Source: Trypanosoma brucei (taxonomy: Eukaryota). Taken from it: a stretch of 64,000 nucleotides of DNA. The stretch is taken from the NCBI GenBank assembly GCA_000002445.1, contig CP000071.1:2016001-2080000 (forward strand), given 5' to 3'. The position numbers were made by a program, and so were the translations under genes. The notes beneath the pieces are model-generated. The model was given only the letters and a program-made list of their open reading frames with translations. It did no database searches and was not told the DNA's origin. The first letter of the stretch is position 1, and each line of letters opens with the position of its first letter. Shown one piece after another: positions 9,469 through 19,500 of the stretch.

Positions 9469-12400
9469 ATGAAGGGCTCGACTTCCAACTCAGCTCTGTG
9501 GGTTACCGCCGACCAGCGCTCGTCCGAGCGGTTAGAAGAGAAAGACGTAGACTATAGTAAGGAGCCGCTTTTCTTCGACATCCCTCCCATACAGCAGGCG
9601 GACGCGGCGGTAAGGCCGGTAAAGTCCACAAGAGGAATTCCATGGAGGCGGATTAGGGAGTCGGGTGTGATTGCCCCAGACCTGGACCTTAAACCGCCGT
9701 CACCCATAAGAGTCGTGATTGATATCAGAGATAAAAGGGAGAGGAAGGGAAGTAAGGACGATGGGGTTTTTGCAGCACTTCCACCACGTAGTGGCTCTTT
9801 CTCCTTGAAAAGCTCACGTGACGTGCCAGGTCCACCGAAAACGGTGGAGGAGTTGTTAGGTGCCCAATGGGGTCCGCAGTGCACAGGGCGGGCATCTTCT
9901 GACAGCGAAACAGGATATGTCAGCCCAAGCCTCGTTGAGGTCGCTACCACTGCGGTGACCACCGCCGCCGGCAACAAACATGTCAACCCGCGCTTTACTG
10001 GAGACGCCTTAATTCTGAGGTCACCTCGGCAGACACGGGCGGCGCTACTTCGGCGGGAGTTCAACGCCAGAACTGCCAGAGAAAAGGTTTTGAGTGCATT
10101 TGCGCAATCGACGCCTCGCTCTTTGCCTACTAGCAAACGTCCATCCATAGACCTTAGCGAAGAATATAACGCTGTGGCCAGGAGAAGGGGCGCCTGGGTA
10201 GGGGTAAAGGGCTTTCCAGCCGCTGCAGCTACGTGTGTAGGCTCAGCGTCGTGCCTGGGGTGGCCGACGGGTCTGCCTCCCCGTGGTAAATCATCCGCGT
10301 CCCCACGAACCATGAAAAGTGCAACGTCCCTTCCCTTTGACCCACACTCTGTCATCGAAAGAAATAGAGAGTGTGATGACAAGAGGAAGGTGCAGGGCAG
10401 CTCCCCGTACTTATCAGCTGTACCATCCCCTGCTCTACGTGGCAACTGCTCGTCGAAAAAGAACACCGGCACCGCCACCAATGAGCATGTTGGCGGTCCG
10501 GCGCCACGCATTGCCAGTTGCAGTATTGCTTCATTTGATGATCATTTTTCAAGCACAAGCCCGAGAAAAGGGACGGTGAACAACGAAAACACAGGGAAGA
10601 GCCTCACTGATTGGCCAATGACGTCGGTGGCACGGCGGACCAATGTTCCATACGAACTTACCTCGTCTGTCGATAGCATTGATACGGAAGAATTCGATTA
10701 TGAAAAGTGCCTGCTGCAAAAAAACGACCACTATGCAACTCAGTCCCACGGCCACCCTGGAAAAAACCGTTGCAAACATTCCTTAGGACACGACAACGAC
10801 TCCTGTCAGCTTAATATTGTTGAAGTCTCTGATGTCACTGAAGTTGATGGGCCAACGAAGGCGGGTCAAGCAGGTCACTGCAGACATAAAATGAATCTGT
10901 CCACGGGTTCGTGTGTGCCTTTTTTTCGGGAACTGCTAGACGGGCGTGGGAAACTGCAGGATGACACCTCCAGTATTGCATTCGAGACGCTGTTAGAACC
11001 AAATGCCATTGTTGGAGCTACTCTTTCTGGTTTACAAACAGCGCGGAGGGCGGAACCGCAAACCACTAATGAGAGGCTGCGCGATGACACCTCCAGTATT
11101 GCATTCGAGACGCTGTTAGAACCAAATGCCATTGTTGGAGCTACTCCTTCTGGTTTACAAACAGCGCGGAGGGCGGAACCGCAAACCACTAATGAGAGGC
11201 TGCGCGATGACACCTCCAGTATTGCATTCGAGACGCTGTTAGAACCAAATGCCATTGTTGGAGCTACTCCTTCTGGTTTACAAACAGCCCGGAGGGCGGA
11301 ACCGCAAACCACTAATGAGAGGCTGCGCGATGACACCTCCAGTATTGCATTCGAGACACTGTTAGAACCAAATGCCATTGTTGGAGCTACTCCTTCTGGT
11401 TTACAAACAGCCCGGAGGGCGGAACCGCAAACCACTAATGAGAGGCTGCGCGATGACACCTCCAGTATTGCATTCGAGACGCTGTTAGAACCAAATGCCA
11501 TTGTTGGAGCTACTCTTTCTGGTTTACAAACAGCGCGGAGGGCGGAACCGCAAACCACTAATGAGAGGCTGCGCGATGACACCTCCAGTATTGCATTCGA
11601 GACGCTGTTAGAACCAAATGCCATTGTTGGAGCTACTCCTTCTGGTTTACAAACAGCGCGGAGGGCGGAACCGCAAACCACTAATGAGAGGCTGCGCGAT
11701 GACACCTCCAGTATTGCATTCGAGACGCTGTTAGAACCAAATGCCATTGTTGGAGCTACTCTTTCTGGTTTACAAACAGCGCGGAGGGCGGAACCGCAAA
11801 CCACTAATGAGAGGCTGCGCGATGACACCTCCAGTATTGCATTCGAGACGCTGTTAGAACCAAATGCCATTGTTGGAGCTACTCTTTCTGGTTTACAAAC
11901 AGCGCGGAGGGCGGAACCGCAAACCACTAATGAGAGGCTGCGCGATGACACCTCCAGTATTGCATTCGAGACACTGTTAGAACCAAATGCCATTGTTGGA
12001 GCTACTCCTTCTGGTTTACAAACAGCGCGGAGGGCGGAACCGCAAACCACTAATGAGAGGCTGCGCGATGACACCTCCAGTATTGCATTCGAGACGCTGT
12101 TAGAACCAAATGCCATTGTTGGAGCTACTCCTTCTGGTTTACAAACAGCGCGGAGGGCGGAACCGCAAACCACTAATGAGAGGCTGCGCGATGACACCTC
12201 CAGTATTGCATTCGAGACGCTGTTAGAACCAAATGCCATTGTTGGAGCTACTCTTTCTGGTTTACAAACAGCGCGGAGGGCGGAACCGCAAACCACTAAT
12301 GAGAGGCTGCGCGATGACACCTCCAGTATTGCATTCGAGACGCTGTTAGAACCAAATGCCATTGTTGGAGCTACTCCTTCTGGTTTACAAACAGCGCGGA

Positions 12401-14205
12401 GGGCGGAACCGCAAACCACTAATGAGAGGCTGCGCGATGACACCTCCAGTATTGCATTCGAGACACTGTTAGAACCAAATGCCATTGTTGGAGCTACTCC
12501 TTCTGGTTTACAAACAGCGCGGAGGGCGGAACCGCAAACCACTAATGAGAGGCTGCGCGATGACACCTCCAGTATTGCATTCGAGACGCTGTTAGAACCA
12601 AATGCCATTGTTGGAGCTACTCTTTCTGGTTTACAAACAGCGCGGAGGGCGGAACCGCAAACCACTAATGAGAGGCTGCGCGATGACACCTCCAGTATTG
12701 CATTCGAGACGCTGTTAGAACCAAATGCCATTGTTGGAGCTACTCCTTCTGGTTTACAAACAGCGCGGAGGGCGGAACCGCAAACCACTAATGAGAGGCT
12801 GCGCGATGACACCTCCAGTATTGCATTCGAGACACTGTTAGAACCAAATGCCATTGTTGGAGCTACTCCTTCTGGTTTACAAACAGCGCGGAGGGCGGAA
12901 CCGCAAACCACTAATGAGAGGCTGCGCGATGACACCTCCAGTATTGCATTCGAGACACTGTTAGAACCAAATGCCATTGTTGGAGCTACTCCTTCTGGTT
13001 TACAAACAGCGCGGAGGGCGGAACCGCAAACCACTAATGAGAGGCTGCGCGATGACACCTCCAGTATTGCATTCGAGACGCTGTTAGAACCAAATGCCAT
13101 TGTTGGAGCTACTCCTTCTGGTTTACAAACAGCGCGGATTATAACTGCTGATATTTCTGAAGATAGGTGCTCGTGGGTCAACTCCACTGTTTCTCTGGAG
13201 TCGCTATCGGACGCTGGCTTGGGAACGAACAACATCGTAGGGGACTTTATGACGTCCGATGTTATTGTGGACTCTTTGGGGGAGAGCCCGCAAGGAAATA
13301 GTGGTGTCAGAGATGAGGTACAGAGTGAATCGCGTGATACCTTTACTGGTGAATCAAGTCTAACACCGCGCAGTCTGAAAAGCTGCTTTGATAACGGAGA
13401 GACTGATTCGCTGCCGCCCATTTTACGCTCCGGAGCACGCTCGGTGATTGTGCCAAACTCTTCTCGCGTGAGTTTTTCTGGAGCAGGCACTAGGAAAACA
13501 TTATCCGAGGTCAGGCGTCCATCATCGGATAATGGGGACGGTTGCGTCATCTCCACTCGTTCCTCCTCCCCTCGACTGTGGACTCCATCGAAGATACGAA
13601 TTAGGGGAGAGGATATACTGGTTCCGAGGCATCATCGCACAGAAAACAAGGGGGTTAGAGTCGACTCCCCGGCGGGTCGTTCCGTTTTGTCAACATACGC
13701 TACGCTCCGCAATAGAAATTATCTGGGGCTTATGCGACGGTACTTTCTCACCTGGAAAGGGTTGGCAAAGCATTGTACGACACGAACTGCATCCACTATA
13801 GGACAATCACCCACTACCTGTGGAAGTTGTGTGGATGACTCGTCATGTGGCTTTGTTCCCACCACCGCCGTGGTAGCTTCACTTGCCGCAGCCGCAGCCG
13901 CAGCCGCCCCCACCTCCTCCAGAGCACATGGCGTCAACAACCCACACAGTGATCCCTCTAAGATACGTAATCTCACTGCGAGGAGTCTTAAGTTGCTTTT
14001 AGGTGACAACTATCACTCGGCAGATTACGTCTACAATCATTTGCGTAGGAAGCGACTTGGGCAACCAAGGTCCCACTATAGAATGGTGCCACCGGATGAA
14101 GATGATTATGTGTCATCGGGCAGCCGCCACAGGAGCATATGTTCAGCAGAAACAAGCTTTTCGTACCCGTCTGACGATGTGACCACGCCGATATCGATGG
14201 CGTGA
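9469..14205 (+). CDS. large repetitive protein (1,578 aa) containing about 17.7 tandem 41-aa repeats
   Basis: The ORF track starts at a TTG at 9403. The first ATG is at 9469. The N-terminal part, about 500 aa, is Ser/Arg/Pro-rich and non-repetitive. The central array repeats the unit 'RLRDDTSSIAFETLLEPNAIVGAT[L/P]SGLQTARRAEPQTTNE'. The C-terminal 350 aa include an Ala run. Confidence 0.75.
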   Translation: MKGSTSNSALWVTADQRSSERLEEKDVDYSKEPLFFDIPPIQQADAAVRPVKSTRGIPWRRIRESGVIAPDLDLKPPSPIRVVIDIRDKRERKGSKDDGVFAALPPRSGSFSLKSSRDVPGPPKTVEELLGAQWGPQCTGRASSDSETGYVSPSLVEVATTAVTTAAGNKHVNPRFTGDALILRSPRQTRAALLRREFNARTAREKVLSAFAQSTPRSLPTSKRPSIDLSEEYNAVARRRGAWVGVKGFPAAAATCVGSASCLGWPTGLPPRGKSSASPRTMKSATSLPFDPHSVIERNRECDDKRKVQGSSPYLSAVPSPALRGNCSSKKNTGTATNEHVGGPAPRIASCSIASFDDHFSSTSPRKGTVNNENTGKSLTDWPMTSVARRTNVPYELTSSVDSIDTEEFDYEKCLLQKNDHYATQSHGHPGKNRCKHSLGHDNDSCQLNIVEVSDVTEVDGPTKAGQAGHCRHKMNLSTGSCVPFFRELLDGRGKLQDDTSSIAFETLLEPNAIVGATLSGLQTARRAEPQTTNERLRDDTSSIAFETLLEPNAIVGATPSGLQTARRAEPQTTNERLRDDTSSIAFETLLEPNAIVGATPSGLQTARRAEPQTTNERLRDDTSSIAFETLLEPNAIVGATPSGLQTARRAEPQTTNERLRDDTSSIAFETLLEPNAIVGATLSGLQTARRAEPQTTNERLRDDTSSIAFETLLEPNAIVGATPSGLQTARRAEPQTTNERLRDDTSSIAFETLLEPNAIVGATLSGLQTARRAEPQTTNERLRDDTSSIAFETLLEPNAIVGATLSGLQTARRAEPQTTNERLRDDTSSIAFETLLEPNAIVGATPSGLQTARRAEPQTTNERLRDDTSSIAFETLLEPNAIVGATPSGLQTARRAEPQTTNERLRDDTSSIAFETLLEPNAIVGATLSGLQTARRAEPQTTNERLRDDTSSIAFETLLEPNAIVGATPSGLQTARRAEPQTTNERLRDDTSSIAFETLLEPNAIVGATPSGLQTARRAEPQTTNERLRDDTSSIAFETLLEPNAIVGATLSGLQTARRAEPQTTNERLRDDTSSIAFETLLEPNAIVGATPSGLQTARRAEPQTTNERLRDDTSSIAFETLLEPNAIVGATPSGLQTARRAEPQTTNERLRDDTSSIAFETLLEPNAIVGATPSGLQTARRAEPQTTNERLRDDTSSIAFETLLEPNAIVGATPSGLQTARIITADISEDRCSWVNSTVSLESLSDAGLGTNNIVGDFMTSDVIVDSLGESPQGNSGVRDEVQSESRDTFTGESSLTPRSLKSCFDNGETDSLPPILRSGARSVIVPNSSRVSFSGAGTRKTLSEVRRPSSDNGDGCVISTRSSSPRLWTPSKIRIRGEDILVPRHHRTENKGVRVDSPAGRSVLSTYATLRNRNYLGLMRRYFLTWKGLAKHCTTRTASTIGQSPTTCGSCVDDSSCGFVPTTAVVASLAAAAAAAAPTSSRAHGVNNPHSDPSKIRNLTARSLKLLLGDNYHSADYVYNHLRRKRLGQPRSHYRMVPPDEDDYVSSGSRHRSICSAETSFSYPSDDVTTPISMA
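10960..13139 (+). repeat. 123-bp tandem repeat array inside the CDS (about 17.7 copies)
   Basis: Period measured directly. 'gatgacacctccagtattgc' starts at 10960 and recurs at 11083 and every 123 nt thereafter until about 13139. Units differ at only three nucleotide positions: ctt/cct (Leu/Pro), gagacg/gagaca, and acagcg/acagcc. Confidence 0.95.
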
Positions 14206-14736
14206 TGTGAGTTGACAGTGATGTTGGGGCGGGTATATGGAACGGAGAGTTTATCCGGTCCTAATTATTTATAATGTATACTGTGCGACTCTGTTTCCAC
14301 CGGAAGAGTTATTGTGAGTGTCAGTTGGATGCGCCGCGGTGCAGGACCTAGTCAAGGCCGTATGTGCGTCAGCTTGCTCATTCTTTCACGTGGCGAGAAA
14401 AATTGGTGGAAAAAAATTGCTCCTGATAGATGGTTTAGAAATGCCATTTTCTCTTTGTTGTTTTCTCACTGTTGCTTTGATTCCTACTTCACGCCTACCT
14501 TCATATTCATTTTGTGTACACCGCATTTGTCCTTCGATTTTGGGGTTTGTTGCTTTCCCTATCCTTTGTAGCATTCTGTCTGTTTCCTATCTCTTGTTGG
14601 GGCCAGTGGAAGACGCGAAGCATAGAAATCGAGCCAAACATCGTCCACCCGCCCACCCACATAAGCGCATAGAGATACAGGTGGCGTGTGCTAAAGGATA
14701 GATCAACTGCACTGAACGTGTGACAGCGTGCCATAA

Positions 14737-14763
14737 CTCTCCCTCCCCTCCCCCCCTCCCCAG
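14737..14763 (+). promoter_or_regulatory. polypyrimidine tract plus AG, putative SL-addition site for the downstream gene
   Basis: 'ctctccctcccctccccccctccccag' lies about 28 nt upstream of the ATG at 14791. Confidence 0.45.
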
Positions 14764-14790
14764 GTAGATATCTCCGTGGGATAGGAAAAC

Positions 14791-15741
14791 ATGTGGGAAG
14801 CCGCTTGCTTGGATGGGTCTCTCAAAGGCGTTCAACAGGAGACACTACGGTTCGAAGAAGACAGCGGTCTACATGAGCGTGATTCTCCGACCATTTGGAG
14901 CAAGAACAGCTTAAGATACCACGACACGACACAGCCATACGTGAGGGACGGAGAAGAGAAGCAACGGCAACACACCAATGTGCATTCTATTGTCCTTTCC
15001 GACTTGGACAACAGCGGCGAAGATGCTCCGCAGATGCAGCTAAATGAACATAGCGTAAACACTTCTAGGGTGTTGTTCACCTCGAGGGCAGATTTCACGT
15101 CGTTCTGTTCCGTGGAAGAGAAAAATCCAGAGAATGCAGAAGTGGCTACGAGGCGCGCGCTCACAATTCACAACAATGCCCGCCAAATTCTTCAGGCTTA
15201 CCGCGCTTTGAAGTTCACCATTGAGCAACAGGTGTACAGGCGCTACTTTTTGAAGTGGCTGCAACTCCACTGGTCGAGAGGCCCAGTTGGTGGACCCATA
15301 CAGACATCAGCAGCACTACCCTTGTGCTCCACGCCGCAGGTGGTGAAGAGACAATTGGAAGATGGTATGGAAGGTCTCCTGTGGGACACGGCATCTAAAT
15401 CAACGCCGTTGTCAGTTCCCAGTAGTATTAAATACGGATTGAGCAGCACAGGGCACAGTGGATCAAACAGGCGACAGGAGCTGCAGAGCGACGGCCAACC
15501 ATACGAAAGCACGCCACGCAACTCGCCATGGAGTGCGACAAAGGAACCTTCATGTAAGCTTGCTTATGGCGAGAAGCACAACACGCCATCTACGTCAGCC
15601 ACTCCGTCCAATAAGGACTCTTCCCTTTACTCGTGCAACGTGTCATCCATCCACCCGGACAGAGGAACACCCCAACGCGAAGAATTCCCGTGCCTTCGCC
15701 TCCCGGCGCTAGGCACGCCGCGGTCGCAGAGTGTGAACTGA
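14791..15741 (+). CDS. hypothetical Ser/Thr-rich protein (316 aa)
   Basis: ATG-initiated ORF immediately downstream of the poly-Y/AG signal. No recognisable domain. Confidence 0.45.
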   Translation: MWEAACLDGSLKGVQQETLRFEEDSGLHERDSPTIWSKNSLRYHDTTQPYVRDGEEKQRQHTNVHSIVLSDLDNSGEDAPQMQLNEHSVNTSRVLFTSRADFTSFCSVEEKNPENAEVATRRALTIHNNARQILQAYRALKFTIEQQVYRRYFLKWLQLHWSRGPVGGPIQTSAALPLCSTPQVVKRQLEDGMEGLLWDTASKSTPLSVPSSIKYGLSSTGHSGSNRRQELQSDGQPYESTPRNSPWSATKEPSCKLAYGEKHNTPSTSATPSNKDSSLYSCNVSSIHPDRGTPQREEFPCLRLPALGTPRSQSVN

Positions 15742-16598
15742 CTATAAAGAAACTCGGCACACTCTCGTACACAATAGATGGTAAATGAAAACACCATTCT
15801 GGTCTTCATAGACGGTTAGAAGCTCGCTTTTGCAAGATACCATTGACTGACGCTAGTAACGGTAAACACTGATGCCGTACTGGGTTCCGTGCGTAGATCG
15901 TAATTGAATATGTTAATCGGCTAGGACATAGATCCAAACCAACAGTGTCTTCTGATGGGTTCCTCGCTCGTTCTCTTTCCCTCACCTTATCTCCTTATAT
16001 TGCCTTTAGGTTTACAGTAGGTTGCTCATATGTTCCCGCACATAGTTAGAGTTATTTGAAATTTCGACCATTTCATTACAGTGGCGACTGATAGTGGGAA
16101 TGGCGTTACCGTTGGTGAAGCCACCGGAGATGCGGTAATAAAACTCAGGAGCCTGTATTTCTGCTTTTTTTGCGGAGAAGTATCATCACATTCCAGCCGA
16201 TGTGTATGATTCTGCTGTAGCGGGGCCTGTGGTTGGTACCTTCGTTGTGATAAGATGGCTGATGGCGGATTTTTTTTTTCTTCGGGCTGTGGTGTCGCCA
16301 CCCTACGGTGTGTAACAAGATCAAATAAAATGACGCTATAGATTTGTAGAACGTTGGTTGCGGAACTTTCGGCCCTTCATTTACCCTTGGTTGCCGCAGG
16401 CGGGAGGCAAAGGGAATCTTCGCGTCCACAGACTTCATTCGCTTACCCGCGTAGCCGACGTCATCAGCTCTCACATCCTTTAATAACAGACTTCAGCACA
16501 TCGTTCTCTTCGTTGCTCCCCCTCCTCTACCGTGCTTTTGCTCCCATTTTTTTTTTGAAAAAAAAAAACTCGTGGTGTAACAATTGAAAGCAAGTGCA

Positions 16599-19500
16599 AT
16601 GGAAGAGTTGGTGGACGTACTCAAGCGGGCACAGTCCGCTGTGCTCCATGCGCAGTACGACTTGATCCAACTCCGCCACCTGCAGGACGAGGGCAAAGAG
16701 GCTATCAAAACCTCAGCAGACTATGTGAATAACGATGCGTTGCTGCATCAACTGAGGGCGCAGAGTAAACAAGAAGATGCAGTGCAGCATCTAGAAAGGG
16801 GCGTGCGGCTGATGCGAAACCTACTAAAGGACCCAATACAACAAAAACCGAACAACAACGCGGTGCCGCAGGAGGCACCTCAACAACAACAACAAACGGA
16901 AAGGAGCGAGCAGGAGTTGAAAATAAATGCGGTGAAGCAGGCAATGCAGCGCTACATCGAGGGCCAGCGCAACCTCAAACAACAGTGGGAGTGGGAATTA
17001 CATGCCAAACTCACAGCTAAGGACGACTGCATCGACGAAGTGCGCCACAACGCAGCAGATTTAGTGAGACGGGTAACGGAGCGGCGGGTGCTTGCGCGCG
17101 CGCTGCATAAGTGGCGTAGGCGCACGGCAAGTCTGGTCGCTGGTTGCGAAAGAAACATTGTAGCGCAGGAGCTAGGAAGAATGAGGACGACACTTGCCAA
17201 GAGCTTTGCAGCAGCTCGGGCTGTAGTTGTTTTGCGGCAGCGCTGTTTCCACCGATGGCACTTGCAGATGATGCGCTCGTTGATGCGAAAGGAACAGCAA
17301 AAGCATGAGGAGCTGAGTATGAAGCTACAACACGCGGAAGAGGAGCTGCAACGGCAACACGATGTACTTATAGAAGCTTTAGATGCCAAAAGACCTGACG
17401 CGGGACTGAAGCTGCAACGACAGCAGCATGAGGAAATATTGCGGCTTAGGTCAGTGGTAGACGGGATGGTGCGTGAGTTCAAGGAGCGGACCGACACTTA
17501 CATTCGACAGCAGGAGGAACTATCGCAGTACTATGAGGAGCGCCAGGCGATGCTCATGGAGGAAGTAGTCATCGCTGAAGTACGTCGACAACAGCAGGAT
17601 GAAGTGTTGCGGTGTAGGGTATTTGAAACTTCGAAGCATAAGCAGTGGACCGAGGCGCTTTGTGGTCTTGTTGCTGATTGTGTCAAGGAGAAAGCACTTG
17701 CACTGTATAACGAGGCGCTGGCAGCGAACAACGATTCGAATCAGTATTGTAACGAATTGGAAGCCCTGTTGTTGCAGCAGCGGCACGAGGTAATAGAGTC
17801 GCTGAAAGCTCGCGTTCAAGAACTTGAGCGCCGCTGCGCGGAGGCGGGGGAACTCTTAGATGGGTGCAATAATGAGTTGCATGAGCGAAACATCGTCATT
17901 CGTAGCCTGAAGGAGACCTTCTCACAACGGTTACTTCGTGTCACTACCACGCAACGTATGCATGGCTACTGGGTCCTGTGGCAGAGACATGCGGAGGTTC
18001 GTCGCCAAAATAGGCGGCTACACGATGAAAGAATAGTGGCCCAGCAGCAGCGGCTAGTAGTAATGGAGGAGATGGACCGACGGTGTATTATTCAGTTGGA
18101 AGATTCGGCTCTGAAGTTGGTCGGGTCGTGGAGGAGCTGCTCGCAAGCGGAGGTGTTGTCGGAGGAGACGCTTGCTGAGCTTTCGGAGACGAGTACGCTT
18201 TGCGCTTCACTTCAAGAGGAAGTGGGGCAGCTTAGGTCGTACAACGCTGAGTTACTAGATACACAAAATGCTCAAGTGTCGGCCTGGTTTGCTTCAAAAC
18301 TAGAGTGCTTGCTCGAAGCAGAGCATGCACGGCGCATGGAGCTACGCTACAGCGAGCTGCGTACTCGCAAGGCTCTTGATAGAATGACAGCGGATCACAA
18401 CACCGCGGTGATGAGACAGAAATGTGCTGCAATGCAGGTCCAGCTCGACAACTCGCTGAAGCAGCTTCATCATGTTGGTGCTCTCGTTGCTGAGTATTGT
18501 GCGCGGAGTGCATTCAATTGTTGGTTGTTGAGCACTGAGCGAAGGCGACACAAGCGAGTGGCAGACAAAACGAGGTCGTGTATCACTATTGGCTCCGTCA
18601 GGAGCCTGGACGAGTCGACGCAGCACACCATTAGTGCACCAAGCAAGGAATCAGGGTCACTTCAGATGCAACCACACCATTCGGGGTGGGACAACGCGAG
18701 TGAAGTATTACTGCAGCGAGGGCAAGGTGTGGATCAGCAAAGTAACGTCACAAACATGGAGCGCTTGCGGTATAGTACCACCAGTGGGGTCAGCTCGTCT
18801 CCCACGGAAACGTGTGTGCGGGTGGGGGACGTAGAGCAATTGATGGGGGTGTGTCACCCGCCATGGACACCCTTAGTTGCTGTCAGTGGGGATCCCCATA
18901 AAAGTCCCGGTGGTATACAGTTGAACAGTGTCATGCATTTCATTTTAGCTGAACGGGACACGGTTATAGAGTACACTCACAACGTCGCGAGTGCGGTGTG
19001 GAGCGCCGCTGCGGATGCTATTGTTGCACAGCAGTGTGCGCACAAAGCGATAGTGGAGGAACTACAGCAGTACCAGTCTTTTCTGGAAAAGCGCATAGCC
19101 GTTTCTGGAGCCGCAGATGCAGAGGCGCCTTACCAGCAGCAGGAGGCAGCTGATCGCATCAAGTTCTTGCAGGAGCAGTGGGAGAAGTCGGAATCAAACA
19201 CCAACAACTTGAGACTGCAGCTGGAGCAGCTGCAGGCACAACAGGAAAAGGAAAGGGCAACTCAGAAGCGAATAGAATCTCAACTTGCGTCAGTAAGAGA
19301 AAGTAGGGACCGCTACGAGAAGGAGGTGGAGGTGTTGCAGCGGCGTGTAGGGGAGCAGTGGGAGCATAATGAGCTTGTTAAAGAGAAACTTTTGGCCTCC
19401 CAGCAAGACATCAAATCACTTCAGGCCAAAATAGAGGAAGAAAAGAACCGGTATAAGGAGGATGTTGGTGCATTGCGGAGACGGATAGACGAATACAAGG

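Noticed and set aside
9552-10511. 319-aa minus-strand ORF overlapping the N-terminal coding region of the repetitive protein
   Set aside because: It is antisense to a GC-rich + strand CDS, has a low-complexity Ala/Gly/Arg-rich translation, and has no poly-Y/AG context. I call it a spurious ORF.
10875-13556. 893-aa ORF on the minus strand with its own 41-aa repeat ('AVCKPEGVAPTMAFGSNSVSNAILEVSSRSLSLVVCGSALR')
   Set aside because: It is the antisense reading of the + strand 123-bp repeat, and it is open only because the repeat unit happens to lack stop codons in that frame. Every other gene in the window is on the + strand. This is an antisense artefact.
13870-13912. (GCC/GCA)n alanine-codon trinucleotide run encoding 'AAAAAAAP' in the C-terminal part of the repetitive protein
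   Set aside because: It is a short homopolymeric amino-acid run inside a CDS. Such runs are common in trypanosomatid proteins and not a distinct feature.
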